This document shows positions 29,042-39,048 of a DNA stretch of 64,000 nt, piece by piece. Within the stretch, counting starts at the first letter, position 1. Each line of letters opens with the position of its first letter. The stretch covers positions 32,001 to 96,000 of IMG/VR virus record IMGVR_UViG_3300044970_000539; one strand, given 5' to 3'. Made by a program: the position numbers and the translations under genes. A model generated the notes under the pieces. It was not told the origin of the DNA and made no database searches. It saw only the letters and a program-made list of their open reading frames with translations. The stretch comes from a virus.

Positions 29042-29484
29042 TTAACACCGTCCCAAGTTCCTATCTTTGTTGTAGGAATCTTATTGTCTTCCCACAATCT
29101 TATCACATTTGGGTTATCATCTACTGCATGTGTTACATCCCAGAGTTTAGTAATCTTATCAAGCATATCTTTCTTTGCTTCATAGTCTGGTCGGTTATCA
29201 TCGTCTGCTCTCATAAACAAGCCATGCGATCTAATATTGTTCTTTGCAAGCCACATGGATGTAAGACCACGGTATTTTTCTTTGCGTGATGTAACAACTA
29301 AAATAGAGTGTCCATCGCTAACAGAATTATTAAGCATTTCTAATACCTCAATATTTGGCAGGGCATCAATAGAGGCAGAATGAAAGGCATCGTAATCCCT
29401 ATCAGAGCCACGGACAAAATGTAAGTATGGGTCAACATTGGCAAGAGTGCCGTCTACGTCATATATATGTGCTGTTGGTTTCAT
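29038..29484 (-). CDS. HAD phosphatase (polynucleotide kinase phosphatase-domain-like)
   Basis: YDVDGTLA, VTSR, LFMR..DD.RPD...K, AVDD; leaderless. Confidence 0.85.
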   Translation of the reverse strand: MKPTAHIYDVDGTLANVDPYLHFVRGSDRDYDAFHSASIDALPNIEVLEMLNNSVSDGHSILVVTSRKEKYRGLTSMWLAKNNIRSHGLFMRADDDNRPDYEAKKDMLDKITKLWDVTHAVDDNPNVIRLWEDNKIPTTKIGTWDGVK

Positions 29485-29568
29485 ATATCAAGTATACAGT
29501 TCGGCGAAAAGTATGTCAAGTTCGGCGCAAAAATAGGAGTTAACAAACCTTCCCTTGAGTCTAACGAC

Positions 29569-30141
29569 TCACCCTTGGTTAGCAGGCTTCAACTTGCTCA
29601 AATAGTATTTATACTCTGAGACTAATCTAGATTTCTTACTGGAGTTACATTTCCTACAAAGAGGCTGAAGGTTTCCAATTGAATGGTTTCCCGACCTAGA
29701 TATGGGAATAATATGATCCATCGTAATCTTTTCTGTTGCCCCGCAGAAGGCACAGGGAGAGTTATAGAGACGTTTATACTCTTTATCTAATATCTTATAA
29801 CTCTTGGCATCTTTGGCTATCTTACGCTTGATATGGGAGTTGGCTACATGAAGGGTAAATCTTTCACGGTTTGCTTGATTCCAAGCCTTAGCAGTTGCTA
29901 CACGCCTTGCACTATTTTCTTGACGATAGATAGCCTTCTTAGTCATATAAACTTGATCTTGCTTTTGTTTTACCCAACGCTCTTTATTTTTCTTTTGCCA
30001 TTGCTTTTTATATTTCTCTGGATTAGCCTTTTGCCAAGCCTTAGAATACTCTTTGGCACATGGCTTACATTGTGACTGACCTTTATAAAAGTCTGTGACA
30101 AGGCAGGTCTTTTGACATTTTCTGCAAACCTTTGTATCCAT
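29569..30141 (-). CDS. HNH endonuclease
   Basis: CAFCG...DHIIP...G.H...NLQPLCRKCN..K; own TTGACA/TAGAAT promoter. Confidence 0.9.
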   Translation of the reverse strand: MDTKVCRKCQKTCLVTDFYKGQSQCKPCAKEYSKAWQKANPEKYKKQWQKKNKERWVKQKQDQVYMTKKAIYRQENSARRVATAKAWNQANRERFTLHVANSHIKRKIAKDAKSYKILDKEYKRLYNSPCAFCGATEKITMDHIIPISRSGNHSIGNLQPLCRKCNSSKKSRLVSEYKYYLSKLKPANQG

Positions 30142-30172
30142 ATACCTATTCTACCAATTTTGCCAGGGTATG

Positions 30173-30340
30173 TCAAGAATGCTCTTTACACACAGGCATA
30201 GGAATATCTTCTACTGGTATAAACATATGTCTAGGTTTGCGACATATATAGCATAGGCTCCAGGGGACTATGTTCTTGAATTTAATGTCATTAAAGTACT
30301 TTTGCTGTAGAGACTTTCGTTCATCATTAGATAGTCCCAT
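30173..30340 (-). CDS. small Cys/His protein (leaderless)
   Basis: TATAAT-N6-ATG; CYIC...CKEH. Confidence 0.55.
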   Translation of the reverse strand: MGLSNDERKSLQQKYFNDIKFKNIVPWSLCYICRKPRHMFIPVEDIPMPVCKEHS

Positions 30341-30367
30341 ATGCTGATTATAGCCTATAATGTATGC

Positions 30368-30685
30368 ATGGAGCAAGCCATACTATACCTACTATACAGT
30401 CCAGAGCATAAGGCTATTAAGATAGGCATATCAGATATCTCAGGTAAAAGGTTTGCAAGCCACAGGACCAAAGGTTGGATCTTGATTAAGTATTGGCATT
30501 TTTTTGAACGGTATAGGGCAAAAGAAGTAGAAACTACAGTACTAAGAACACTAAGGGATAGATACGGACACTATCTAACTAAAGAACAAATGCCTCATGG
30601 GGGATATACGGAGACATTTGATGCAAATAAAGTAACCAGGAGGATGTTGATCCGTATGGTTAATAAGGCGATTAAAGAGGTTTGA
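30368..30685 (+). CDS. GIY-YIG/T5orf172-like nuclease (leaderless)
   Basis: LYLL...AIKIGIS....R...H...E...GGYTETF. Confidence 0.65.
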   Translation: MEQAILYLLYSPEHKAIKIGISDISGKRFASHRTKGWILIKYWHFFERYRAKEVETTVLRTLRDRYGHYLTKEQMPHGGYTETFDANKVTRRMLIRMVNKAIKEV

Positions 30686-30827
30686 GACTATTGCTTTAAT
30701 GGCATAACAGCATCACATATACAGATGATTGACTCTGGCAATGTATGGACTTTAGTATTGATTGCAATAGTTGTTGCACACTCTGGACACTTGTATGTAT
30801 TCTTCATATACCCATCATATCATAGAG

Positions 30828-30880
30828 TTATCCACAGGTTTTATGTTAGAAATGTCATAGTTATCCACAAGTTATCCACA
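30828..30880 (+). promoter_or_regulatory. three perfect DnaA boxes (TTATCCACA)
   Basis: 30828-36, 30861-69, 30872-80. Confidence 0.8.
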
Positions 30881-30964
30881 ATTAAATGTTACTGATATTT
30901 TTTAGATTTATCCCAAAGTGGAGGAAAGTGGAGGATAGTGGTTTATGGAGCACTTTTATAGAGG

Positions 30965-31550
30965 GCGTTCGTAATGTCGCAGAGCGCCAAACCTCCTACC
31001 ATAAAACCTTTACATTGTCAAACCTTCATATTTGGATAGCGGATTATACTCCCAAACCTCTATATTGTCAAGTATATTTGATAACAATTTGATAACAAAC
31101 CCCTATATAAAACCTCTCAAAATGTGAGAAAAATGTAGAAAAACCTCTATAAAAATATATAAAGGTTTGATAAATATTCTAAAATCCAGGGAAAAATATA
31201 TGTCCTTCGTAATGTCTTTTATACTATAGGGTTTGGTATATCTTTTGATCCCCCGCTGCAGAATGTCTGATAATCCTGGGTTTCATTGCAGGGCGGGGGA
31301 TAAATAAAGAGAGTTCGTAATACCCCTATAGTAATAACAAACCATACATTCTGGTTTTTGGATATAGAGGTTTGAAAGATATGAGTTTATATGATATAAG
31401 GTTTGACAAACAAGGTTTGATATGCTAGAATCCTGGGAAATTTATAGGTCGTTCGTAATCTTTTTTATTGGGATATAAGGTTTGATCGAAAACCCTGCGA
31501 ATTTTTTAGAAGGTTCGTAATAAGGTTTGGTGTGTAAAAGGTTTTTCGAA
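30965..31550. repeat. iteron-rich non-coding region, putative replication origin
   Basis: AAACCT repeats invert to AGGTTT around 31155; TTCGTAAT x5; TTGATAACAA tandem; GC-rich hairpin 31248-31300. Confidence 0.6.
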
Positions 31551-31554
31551 AATC

Positions 31555-31833
31555 TCAGTCTTCAGCAGCAGAGATTTCCAAAACCTCATCAAGGGTCATG
31601 CCTTCAATGATGTCATCTTCAGTAAGTTTAATAGACTCAAGAAACATTTCAAATGTGTCAGCAATGTATCTGCGACCATCATCTGAAACCTCAACAACCA
31701 AACCCTGTGATGTTAGATATGCCAATGGCAATCCGAGATCGTTGTATTCTATAAAGGCTCTGAAGTCTTTCTCTTCTTTATAGTTTTCATACAACTCCCC
31801 CAGGATTACACACTGTGTTACAAAATCTGTCAC
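31555..31833 (-). CDS. acidic hypothetical protein
   Basis: 92 aa, DLGLPLAY motif. Confidence 0.7.
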   Translation of the reverse strand: MTDFVTQCVILGELYENYKEEKDFRAFIEYNDLGLPLAYLTSQGLVVEVSDDGRRYIADTFEMFLESIKLTEDDIIEGMTLDEVLEISAAED

Positions 31834-32108
31834 TCTTTAACTTCCTGTGCCCTGAAAAAGTCTAGAGCCGTGTCATACATAACTTCTGGGTCAAGGTCAC
31901 GCATCTCGCAAAGTTCTCTCCATGCATACTCTAACTCAAACTCACCAAGAGATGTAAGTGTTACCCACTCTGCTGCGACATACTCTGCTAACTTTAGTTC
32001 ATCTACAAGCCCTGCCCAAAAATCAATTGGTAGGTAAGACACCTCTACAAGGCTTTCAGCCTCAATACTAATGTAAGCCAAAATGTCTGCTATCTTGTTA
32101 TAATCCAT
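31830..32108 (-). CDS. acidic hypothetical protein
   Basis: 92 aa, coupled to neighbours. Confidence 0.65.
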   Translation of the reverse strand: MDYNKIADILAYISIEAESLVEVSYLPIDFWAGLVDELKLAEYVAAEWVTLTSLGEFELEYAWRELCEMRDLDPEVMYDTALDFFRAQEVKE

Positions 32109-32325
32109 GTCTCCACCGTTCCATTTGTAGTTTAGGGTCTAGAATACCTTCTTTTTCATACTCTGCACTTTCAATTATAGCAATTAAACGAGTGTATGTC
32201 AAGTGTGGCAATACCCTAGCAAGCATTATGCCTGTCTGTTCAAGGTCTAGATTTAAGTCCTCAATAATAGGTTTAATTCGCATAGCCACACGCTCTTCTG
32301 GCGTGATACCTCTACTAATTCTCAA
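32098..32325 (-). CDS. hypothetical protein
   Basis: 75 aa, TTG start, G-rich RBS. Confidence 0.6.
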   Translation of the reverse strand: MRISRGITPEERVAMRIKPIIEDLNLDLEQTGIMLARVLPHLTYTRLIAIIESAEYEKEGILDPKLQMERWRHGL

Positions 32326-32438
32326 AGCGTCCCCCTTCTATCCATTATACCAAAAGTATAGGGGGAGGGCAACCCACCACAGATGCCCTCCACCCTTTGG
32401 CATAGTCTGACCCTAGATCTATGCCTGCTCATTGTAAA

Positions 32439-32795
32439 CTAAACTAATGCTGGCAGATAGGCATTAATAAATAACTGCCAGTCAACCTGTAGGTCTTTGC
32501 CTGCTTCATAGATAGTTTCTTTAGCAATATCAATAACGACGGTGGTCTCGCCTAGTTCAAAGTTGGTACCCTTGATAGCATAAATGCCAAACCCTGTTTC
32601 TTCTAGCACGGAGTCTTGAATAAGATAACTAATCATCATACGGGTAAAGTAAGCATAGTCTTTCCACCTAGGCTTTGAATGCTGCAGAGCCATTGCTAGG
32701 TCCCGCTGCCATTCTGTCTCACCCCAGTGGCTATAGAGCACTACGTGTGCTTCATCCTCAACGTCTTTAAATACAAAATTAATACGGGCTCCCAT
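32439..32795 (-). CDS. hypothetical phage protein
   Basis: MGARINF...LYSHWG...Y.TRM. Confidence 0.7.
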   Translation of the reverse strand: MGARINFVFKDVEDEAHVVLYSHWGETEWQRDLAMALQHSKPRWKDYAYFTRMMISYLIQDSVLEETGFGIYAIKGTNFELGETTVVIDIAKETIYEAGKDLQVDWQLFINAYLPALV

Positions 32796-32941
32796 TACTC
32801 TTCTTCCTTCCAAGATACAATTGATAGTTGGTTTAATATTTCATTGACAAGGTCTGCTTCATTATCTGATTCAGCCTCGTATCTAAATGTCATGTAATCA
32901 CCTGTGGGTTCAAAGATGATTTCTACTTTATATTCGTTCAT
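32795..32941 (-). CDS. small acidic protein
   Basis: MNEYKVEIIFEPTG... 48 aa, coupled on both sides. Confidence 0.55.
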   Translation of the reverse strand: MNEYKVEIIFEPTGDYMTFRYEAESDNEADLVNEILNQLSIVSWKEEE

Positions 32942-33300
32942 AGGTCTATTCCTTCGCAGTCGTGGGTTTCTTCTTCAAGTGTATCACCGCAGAAATCACA
33001 TGTCAAGTCTGGTTCTCCTACCATGATTTGAATAATAGTATTATCAGGCACAGGCTTCTCACTAAGGAAATAGCCAATGCGATTAACAAATCCCCAGCCG
33101 CTCCAGATATAGGTACCGCCATCGTCTCCGTCGCCATACATCCAGATGCGGTTTTGTGGCTGGGACTTAATAAACTCTACCTCATCACCATAGGTCTCAT
33201 ACATCAAACCATCAAAGGAGGCATCTATGTCATATGAGTTAAGTATAAACTTAAACTGCTCATCTGCTTCTTCAAAGGTCATTTCAATAAGTTTATCCAT
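32938..33300 (-). CDS. hypothetical phage protein
   Basis: YETYG.E..F, IW...GD, GW.FVNRIGY. Confidence 0.7.
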   Translation of the reverse strand: MDKLIEMTFEEADEQFKFILNSYDIDASFDGLMYETYGDEVEFIKSQPQNRIWMYGDGDDGGTYIWSGWGFVNRIGYFLSEKPVPDNTIIQIMVGEPDLTCDFCGDTLEEETHDCEGIDL

Positions 33301-33538
33301 TGGCCTTGGTCCTATCTGCTATAGCAAATGCTAGTTGGTATGTTAGTTGGTATACATTAGCATATGCGTCAAGTACACCTTCTAAGTAATCTCTTGCAGG
33401 TCCGTCCTCAATACCAGAAAGACGTGTCTGTGTGTCATACATAAGGTTTTTAAGTTCACCGTGTAGGATATCAGTTCCTGACTCTCCCATATCAATTAGT
33501 TTCTGTAGGTTTGGTGCTAGTTTGTCTCCATTTGTCAT
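33293..33538 (-). CDS. hypothetical protein (leaderless)
   Basis: TATACT-N6-ATG. Confidence 0.65.
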   Translation of the reverse strand: MTNGDKLAPNLQKLIDMGESGTDILHGELKNLMYDTQTRLSGIEDGPARDYLEGVLDAYANVYQLTYQLAFAIADRTKANG

Positions 33539-33882
33539 TTATTAAGTATATCCTCTGCTACTGACAAAAGGTGGCGGGTAGCCTCAATTGCTCCAACATT
33601 ATAATGCCAGTCAATTGAATCCTCTCCTAACGATGACTGTTCAATTAGTTCCTTGTCTTGTTCAAGACTGATTAAATGAATCTTCATATACTCAATAAAC
33701 TGGGTCATTATCTATCCTTTCGTAAAGAGGTTTCTCGCAGGGCAGGGTCAAAGATTTCGCAGTAGCAGACATGGCATAGCATGAAGTTATCAGCCTCATC
33801 AACATTAAGTTTATTCTTGCATACTGTGCAGTCGTATTCAGTAAAGGTGGCAAATCGGGTGTAAATTACATTGGTCATAATA

Positions 33883-34098
33883 CTAATTATACGGGTTGGT
33901 GTTGATTTTCACAAGCCCACGGGGTGTGACCTTGCTCACATCTGTAATGATAGGGGCATTTCCATCTTCTTCTGATATTAGGACAACTATTCCATACCCT
34001 CCACAAATACAGGCAGGATCAAGAACCTTATCAGCACAAGCAGTGATTTGAATCAGCGCATCACAATCAGTACATAGATAATCATACTTAGTCCACAT
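33883..34098 (-). CDS. small Zn-ribbon protein
   Basis: CTDC...CICG. Confidence 0.6.
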   Translation of the reverse strand: MWTKYDYLCTDCDALIQITACADKVLDPACICGGYGIVVLISEEDGNAPIITDVSKVTPRGLVKINTNPYN

Positions 34099-34630
34099 TG
34101 ATTACTCCCCAGCACTTATCGCAGGTAAAGCCATTAGGTAGGGAAACATCATCAACTCTATCTCCTTCTACCCCATCCCAGCAGGGTACACAAATAACAC
34201 AATCATCTAAGTAAACACCAATAGTATTCATTAGTCAAAATACCCTTCTGCCCATAAGCCCTGGAGAAACTGTTGTGCCATTAAGATACCCTCTTTATCA
34301 TCAGGGTCAGTTATATACTTATATGAATTGTGTACAGCATTGCTCATCTTATCTAAATCATCAATGGTATAACCTAACATTATTCTCCCCAATATTCTAC
34401 TATAAGGTTTAATGCACTACAGATACGGCAATCACAAGGGTCTCCCCCCATGTTTTCCATAAATTCAATGTGAGAGAAATTATCCTCACAGATTTGTTCA
34501 ACAAGGTCTTTTACTGTGTAAGGTTTGAATGTGGTAGTCATATATTAATTATAGCCGAAATCCTAGAAAAATACAAATCCTTACGTAATCGTAAAGTGTG
34601 TTTAATATCACATTGTCGAAAAATTTCTTG

Positions 34631-34704
34631 CGATCCGTACGGGACTTGAACCCGTGACCTCCACCGTGACAGGGTGGCGAACTAACCAACTATTCTAACG
34701 GACC
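34631..34704 (-). tRNA. trnD: tRNA-Asp(GTC)
   Basis: GGTCCGT/ACGGATC, CCACC-CTGTCAC-GGTGG, GTTCAAGTC. Confidence 0.93.
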
Positions 34705-34707
34705 GTG

Positions 34708-34736
34708 TGAGCAGTTTTAATTCTTACTCAGGAATT
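34708..34736 (-). ncRNA. H-type pseudoknot motif copy
   Basis: AATTC-CTGAGTAA-GAATT-AAAAC-TGCTCA. Confidence 0.65.
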
Positions 34737-34743
34737 TTTTTAA

Positions 34744-35760
34744 TTATGCAATTTGCAAAGTGCTTTGCACAATCTTTAGCAAACGATTTTTTTCTGCATT
34801 AATAGCAGGGTCAAAACCACTTGCAGATGCAAGGATAGATTCGTTAGAACCACCACGAGCAGAACGGTACCAATCAAGGCGTTCAGTTAGTGCATTGAAA
34901 GCACCCCAAGCATTACCAGCAATCATGCCGTTAAACTCGCCTGTGTAGATGTCATTGATAACATCAACCTTGTTTTCCCACTTCTTGAAAGCACCCTTAG
35001 AATCTTTTTCTGGCTTAGGGTATGCAGCAAGAATGATGTCGTTAAATTGCTTAGCAGAAACTTCCTTCTCAATCATAGCCTTAGCCATGAGGTCAAAAGA
35101 ATCCATGTACTTGTGAGCCATGCCAAGAGTCTCACGAGCAACGGCAACCTTACCAGAAGCGGTCTGAGTGTGGCGAATCTTGAAAGATTGCTTGACACCA
35201 TTCTTTTTCTTAGTAGTGTTTAGTGCAAGATTAAGAGTGTTAGCGCACACAACACGAACAGGTGTAATGCTTGCTTGAATAGCGATTGAGCCGTCATGTG
35301 ATGTGTTGATAAGTAAATAAGTCTTTACCTTATCTGCAACACCGTTAGGGTCTAGGACAGTTTCACGCTCTAGTGCTAATGCACCGAATACGACACGACC
35401 ACCCTTGATTGAGCCAGCCGTTTCCCAACGACCTCCACCGTCAAGAATGTTGTCACCGAATGAGAATAAATCTTCATTCTGCATAACATGATAACGCTCA
35501 CCAACGACACCAAGAATGTCGGTCTGTGAGTTATCAGTAGGGTTAGTACGCAAAACATACTGGTATGCCTTGTCGCTTGTTAAGTGTGATGGGGTTTCCA
35601 AATCTTCCAGACGAACATTCCAATTATTTAGATTGGCAGCAGCAAGCATTTCGCTTGTTGTTTTTTCTTCTGTAAATACGGTACCCAATCCATGCCAAGC
35701 AGGTTCACGAAATGATGCAAAACTTGCTACGCCATTTTGTGATTCTAGTTCATGTGCCAT
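34744..35760 (-). CDS. DUF932-family (TIGR03299-like) protein
   Basis: MAHELE...REPAWHGLG, Y..MQN, ETAGS..GG, YLLI.TSHDGS, TPVRVVCANTL. Confidence 0.88.
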   Translation of the reverse strand: MAHELESQNGVASFASFREPAWHGLGTVFTEEKTTSEMLAAANLNNWNVRLEDLETPSHLTSDKAYQYVLRTNPTDNSQTDILGVVGERYHVMQNEDLFSFGDNILDGGGRWETAGSIKGGRVVFGALALERETVLDPNGVADKVKTYLLINTSHDGSIAIQASITPVRVVCANTLNLALNTTKKKNGVKQSFKIRHTQTASGKVAVARETLGMAHKYMDSFDLMAKAMIEKEVSAKQFNDIILAAYPKPEKDSKGAFKKWENKVDVINDIYTGEFNGMIAGNAWGAFNALTERLDWYRSARGGSNESILASASGFDPAINAEKNRLLKIVQSTLQIA

Positions 35761-35936
35761 GAGTTTTCTCCTTTTTGTTGTTGTTAATTTAAGTATACAC
35801 GGACGGTCTGACAAATGCAAATCGGGATAGTTAAACATAGGGCAATTCGGACATTTTTCTTGTGATCTTAAACACATGCTCGTAACTTGACATTGACTGG
35901 TCAGCCGTGTCGAAAAATTTTTCAAGGGATTGAGCG

Positions 35937-35964
35937 GAGCAGTTTTAAAACATGCTCAGGTTTT
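35937..35964 (-). ncRNA. H-type pseudoknot motif copy
   Basis: AAAAC-CTGAGCAT-GTTTT-AAAAC-TGCTC. Confidence 0.65.
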
Positions 35965-35979
35965 GTTAGTAGCCCCCTA

Positions 35980-36396
35980 CTAAATATCTACTCTGTCAAC
36001 ACTGGATGACAAATAAGTTACCTCTTCACCATATGAAACAGAATCAAAATCAATTTCATGAATTGCATTAATTGCTTCTTCTTCATTACGTGCATTGACT
36101 GTAATTGAATACTGAACTGAAACTTCCAATTCAAATTCTTTTGCTAATTCAAAACCACAGATGTCTGCAATTTCTTGTGCAGTGCTCTCATCAATGGTAC
36201 CGTTTTCCATTGTTTCCAAGGTCCACTCTTGCATTTCATTACGCATACGGGAGCGCTCTGCAGCCTCGCCGTATGAGCGCTGAGTTACTTCTTGAATGTG
36301 CTTTTCTAATTGCTCAATGCGTGTTTTGTTTTGTACTAGTTGTGACTCAAGAAACTCTCGTGTCATGTAGTGATTGTCTATTACTGGTTGGTCCAT
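35980..36396 (-). CDS. acidic hypothetical protein
   Basis: 138 aa, own promoter and RBS. Confidence 0.75.
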   Translation of the reverse strand: MDQPVIDNHYMTREFLESQLVQNKTRIEQLEKHIQEVTQRSYGEAAERSRMRNEMQEWTLETMENGTIDESTAQEIADICGFELAKEFELEVSVQYSITVNARNEEEAINAIHEIDFDSVSYGEEVTYLSSSVDRVDI

Positions 36397-36472
36397 GGGG
36401 GCCCTCTTTCTGTTAGTTGTTTAATTTAATTATACTGGGCACCACTGACAAATGTCAAGATCCCCTTACGGG

Positions 36473-36499
36473 GAGTAGTTTATACACATACTCAGGTGT
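36473..36499 (-). ncRNA. H-type pseudoknot motif copy
   Basis: ACAC-CTGAGTAT-GTGT-ATAAAC-TACTC. Confidence 0.65.
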
Positions 36500-36554
36500 C
36501 TCATCTCAGGCATACCTACGCATCATGGCATAGGGCTTAGCAGAGATAAATTAT

Positions 36555-36980
36555 TTAGAGATAACGAGCAATAGCGTTGTATGTAGAAGTATTAACTACT
36601 TCCTCATCTGTCATCTTGAGAATACGAATAGCGTTCTCAATTTCCTGCTTTTGCTCTAGGTATGAGTGACGACCCATTTGCTCAAACTCACGCTCAGGCT
36701 CTACTGGCAGACCTTCTTTAGATACTGTCAGGTCAAAGTCAATGTTGAGTTGGTTGTTCCATGAGCGATAGTTAGTGCGGAAGTTTTCTGCCTTCTTGAT
36801 GTTTGCTACTGCATACTCAACAAGTTCCTTCTGCCACTTCTCATAAGCCTTCTTATACTTTGCTTCGTTTGCTTCTTGTGAGGTGTAAGACTTTTCTAGT
36901 TCTGCTAAACGAGTTTCTAGTGCCTTAATTACCTTTGGTGTTGCGATTTTTACTGAGATTGATTTTCCGTTTCTTGCCAT
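36555..36980 (-). CDS. hypothetical phage protein
   Basis: 141 aa helical, EIENAIRILKMTDEE.V.TSTY. Confidence 0.75.
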   Translation of the reverse strand: MARNGKSISVKIATPKVIKALETRLAELEKSYTSQEANEAKYKKAYEKWQKELVEYAVANIKKAENFRTNYRSWNNQLNIDFDLTVSKEGLPVEPEREFEQMGRHSYLEQKQEIENAIRILKMTDEEVVNTSTYNAIARYL

Positions 36981-37025
36981 GTGTTTTCTCTTTTCTTTGG
37001 TGGTTTAATTGTTAGGGGGTTGTGT

Positions 37026-37054
37026 TGAGCAGTTTGTATTCATGCTCAGGAATA
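37026..37054 (-). ncRNA. H-type pseudoknot motif copy
   Basis: TATTC-CTGAGCAT-GAATA-CAAAC-TGCTCA. Confidence 0.65.
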
Positions 37055-37064
37055 AGCAATTAGA

Positions 37065-37229
37065 TTACTTAGCCGTCCAAGTTGTGTATCGGTGTGAGCC
37101 ATTGACATCTAACTTTACACGAACATTACCATTTGGTTGTGGGTTAATCTCTACGATTGTTCCTGTTACCTTTGACTTCTGTGTTGTGTATGTGTCGCCT
37201 ACCTTGTAGGTTGCTGTTGCTACTGACAT
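37065..37229 (-). CDS. small SH3/KOW-like beta protein
   Basis: YKVGD...TGTIVEI...VRVKL; AAGGAG RBS. Confidence 0.65.
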   Translation of the reverse strand: MSVATATYKVGDTYTTQKSKVTGTIVEINPQPNGNVRVKLDVNGSHRYTTWTAK

Positions 37230-37444
37230 TGTGTTTCTCCTTTTGTTTAGTGTGTTTTGCTTATGTATTAAGTGTAACATTTCCTACTGACATTATCAAC
37301 ATTTTTCTGAGATTTCTCACTATTTGAGACGCTCAGGGGGTGTGAGTTGAGTCACATTAGACAGATTGAGGGCTATTGTCCACCTGCCACGATTAGCATG
37401 ATTAGTAGCCCTATTCCTGTTGCTATTACTATTTCCATTTTTCC

Positions 37445-38167
37445 TCATTTCTTTGTTGCTGAGAATACTATGTCACTCTTTGAGTATACACAAAGTGAGC
37501 AAGAAACGCAAGCCGAACCCTTAGTGCTAATTAGTGGTATCTGCTTATTATTCTCAGGACACTTAGCGCCAGGTTTATTTGTTAGGGCTTTCATGTCTGC
37601 TTGTCCAATTAGAAAGTTTTTAGCAAGGTATGCTAATTTAACTCCATGATCTGTTTTTAATTCCACACCTGTATCTTTATTCTCGCTATCTGTGGAATAG
37701 TATAGTGAGAGATTATCAATACCCTTCAACATTAGGGCGGCACTTTTAACTCTAGTGTAAACCCAGAATTGAATATCAGGATTATTAAGGATGACATGCT
37801 TCCATGCGAATGTATAAGTATCGTTAAAGAAGTCTCCGTCCCAATGGATACGGAATAGCATAGGGGCTTCACGCTTTACACAATCAGCCTTGAAGTCTTT
37901 TATCATATCTTCAAGCAATGCTTCAATAGTATCGTGATCAGCGTCTTTAACTAATTCCCAATTGTGCAATAGGTTTTTCTTTACTGTTGGGAATACTTTT
38001 TCCAATTTGCCAGCATAACAAACACTCTCGCATACGCTAGTCGCTCCAGGGCATGAATAAGCCTTTCCTGCGGGTAATCCGAAAGTGTTGGCGATACTTG
38101 CTTGTTTTCCATTTGGTGTAACTGCATTTGCTACTTTCCTATCTTTGCTTCTTAGTAGTTTAGTCAT
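37445..38167 (-). CDS. GP88-like protein (Cys-rich, possible Fe-S enzyme)
   Basis: FGLPAG..SCPGAT..C..VCYA, FRIHWDGDF, FWVYTR, NLSLY.S.D. Confidence 0.75.
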   Translation of the reverse strand: MTKLLRSKDRKVANAVTPNGKQASIANTFGLPAGKAYSCPGATSVCESVCYAGKLEKVFPTVKKNLLHNWELVKDADHDTIEALLEDMIKDFKADCVKREAPMLFRIHWDGDFFNDTYTFAWKHVILNNPDIQFWVYTRVKSAALMLKGIDNLSLYYSTDSENKDTGVELKTDHGVKLAYLAKNFLIGQADMKALTNKPGAKCPENNKQIPLISTKGSACVSCSLCVYSKSDIVFSATKK

Positions 38168-38421
38168 GGTGGCTACTCTCTTTCTTTCTTTAATTCTAAC
38201 ATAAGGGACTGACATTTTTTTCTATCGTATTTTTTCTTATTGGGTACGGCAGAGGCAGCGTTAGACCTACGTAATTCCATAAGCCTACGTAATTCCTCTT
38301 TGCTTTTCTTCATACTTAATCTTAGCAGAATCGTGGAAAAATGTCAAATCTTACGTAAACACGACACGCCCGACTGCGTTCGAAAATTTTGTGCGGGGAA
38401 GCACACAAAATCTTTTTTTAA

Positions 38422-38664
38422 TTATTCGTCAGCGTCTACGTAAACGTAAAGAGAAACTGATTCATCATACTTAAATTGCACAATGTCTTTGTCACCAAAA
38501 TCGGTTTTATAAGCAACCGCATAGACATCGCCTGTTTCATCGGATGCAATTCCAAGTACTTCAACAACCTCACCATCAACCATGATTAGATCTTCAATCA
38601 TTAGTTGATCTGGTGTTAGGCTATCTGCAAATTTTAATTCCATATTAGATATTGTAACAGTCAT
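38422..38664 (-). CDS. small acidic beta protein
   Basis: ORF with GGGGG RBS. Confidence 0.6.
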   Translation of the reverse strand: MTVTISNMELKFADSLTPDQLMIEDLIMVDGEVVEVLGIASDETGDVYAVAYKTDFGDKDIVQFKYDESVSLYVYVDADE

Positions 38665-38727
38665 TTTAACGAGCCCCCGCAATCATTAGTAGGAATAAAA
38701 AGCAGCCTGCAACAAATAAGAATTCTA

Positions 38728-39048
38728 TCACTCAAGCCCCAATCCTAACTCATAGCCTGCATCCTCTTCGCCATAGTATTCATCTTGTGGCAACCAAAAA
38801 TCCAAGTGGTGTTGTTCAATGATAGCCCACGCTGGTGCATGACTCATGCCTTTATAGAATACGCCTTCTGGCATAGCAATAAATCGCATAGCGTCATTCT
38901 CATAGTATGCATCAATAGCATCAATGCAAGGTTGCACCATGCTTAGCGGTACTGGTGGATAGTGATTACCTTGCAAGTGATAACCAATAGCCTGTTCAAG
39001 TGGTAGATCTAAGTTTGTTGCTAGGTCAATTCCTGTCATGCTTCCCAT
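38728..39048 (-). CDS. hypothetical phage protein
   Basis: HLQGNHYPPVP...C..AI...HHL..W. Confidence 0.7.
   Translation of the reverse strand: MGSMTGIDLATNLDLPLEQAIGYHLQGNHYPPVPLSMVQPCIDAIDAYYENDAMRFIAMPEGVFYKGMSHAPAWAIIEQHHLDFWLPQDEYYGEEDAGYELGLGLE

Noticed and set aside
29569-30141. HNH as part of an intron or intein
   Set aside because: Free-standing with its own promoter; flanking genes are intact and no group I core was recognised
30886-31092. 68-aa ORF in the iteron region
   Set aside because: No RBS or recognisable motif; lies across repeats and a counter-oriented promoter
30965-31550. CRISPR array
   Set aside because: Repeats are only 6-8 bp, irregularly spaced and switch orientation
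34708-34736. tRNA-associated HDV-like (theta) ribozyme or preQ1/SAM riboswitch
   Set aside because: About 30 nt with a single pseudoknot, on the 5' side of the tRNA, and lacking the conserved cores I know for those classes
35761-35925. N-terminal 55 aa of the 393-aa ORF
   Set aside because: Spans the promoter cassette; the AAGGAG RBS supports a start at 35760
36480-36488. DnaA box TTATACACA
   Set aside because: Falls inside a pseudoknot stem/linker and is isolated, so probably coincidental
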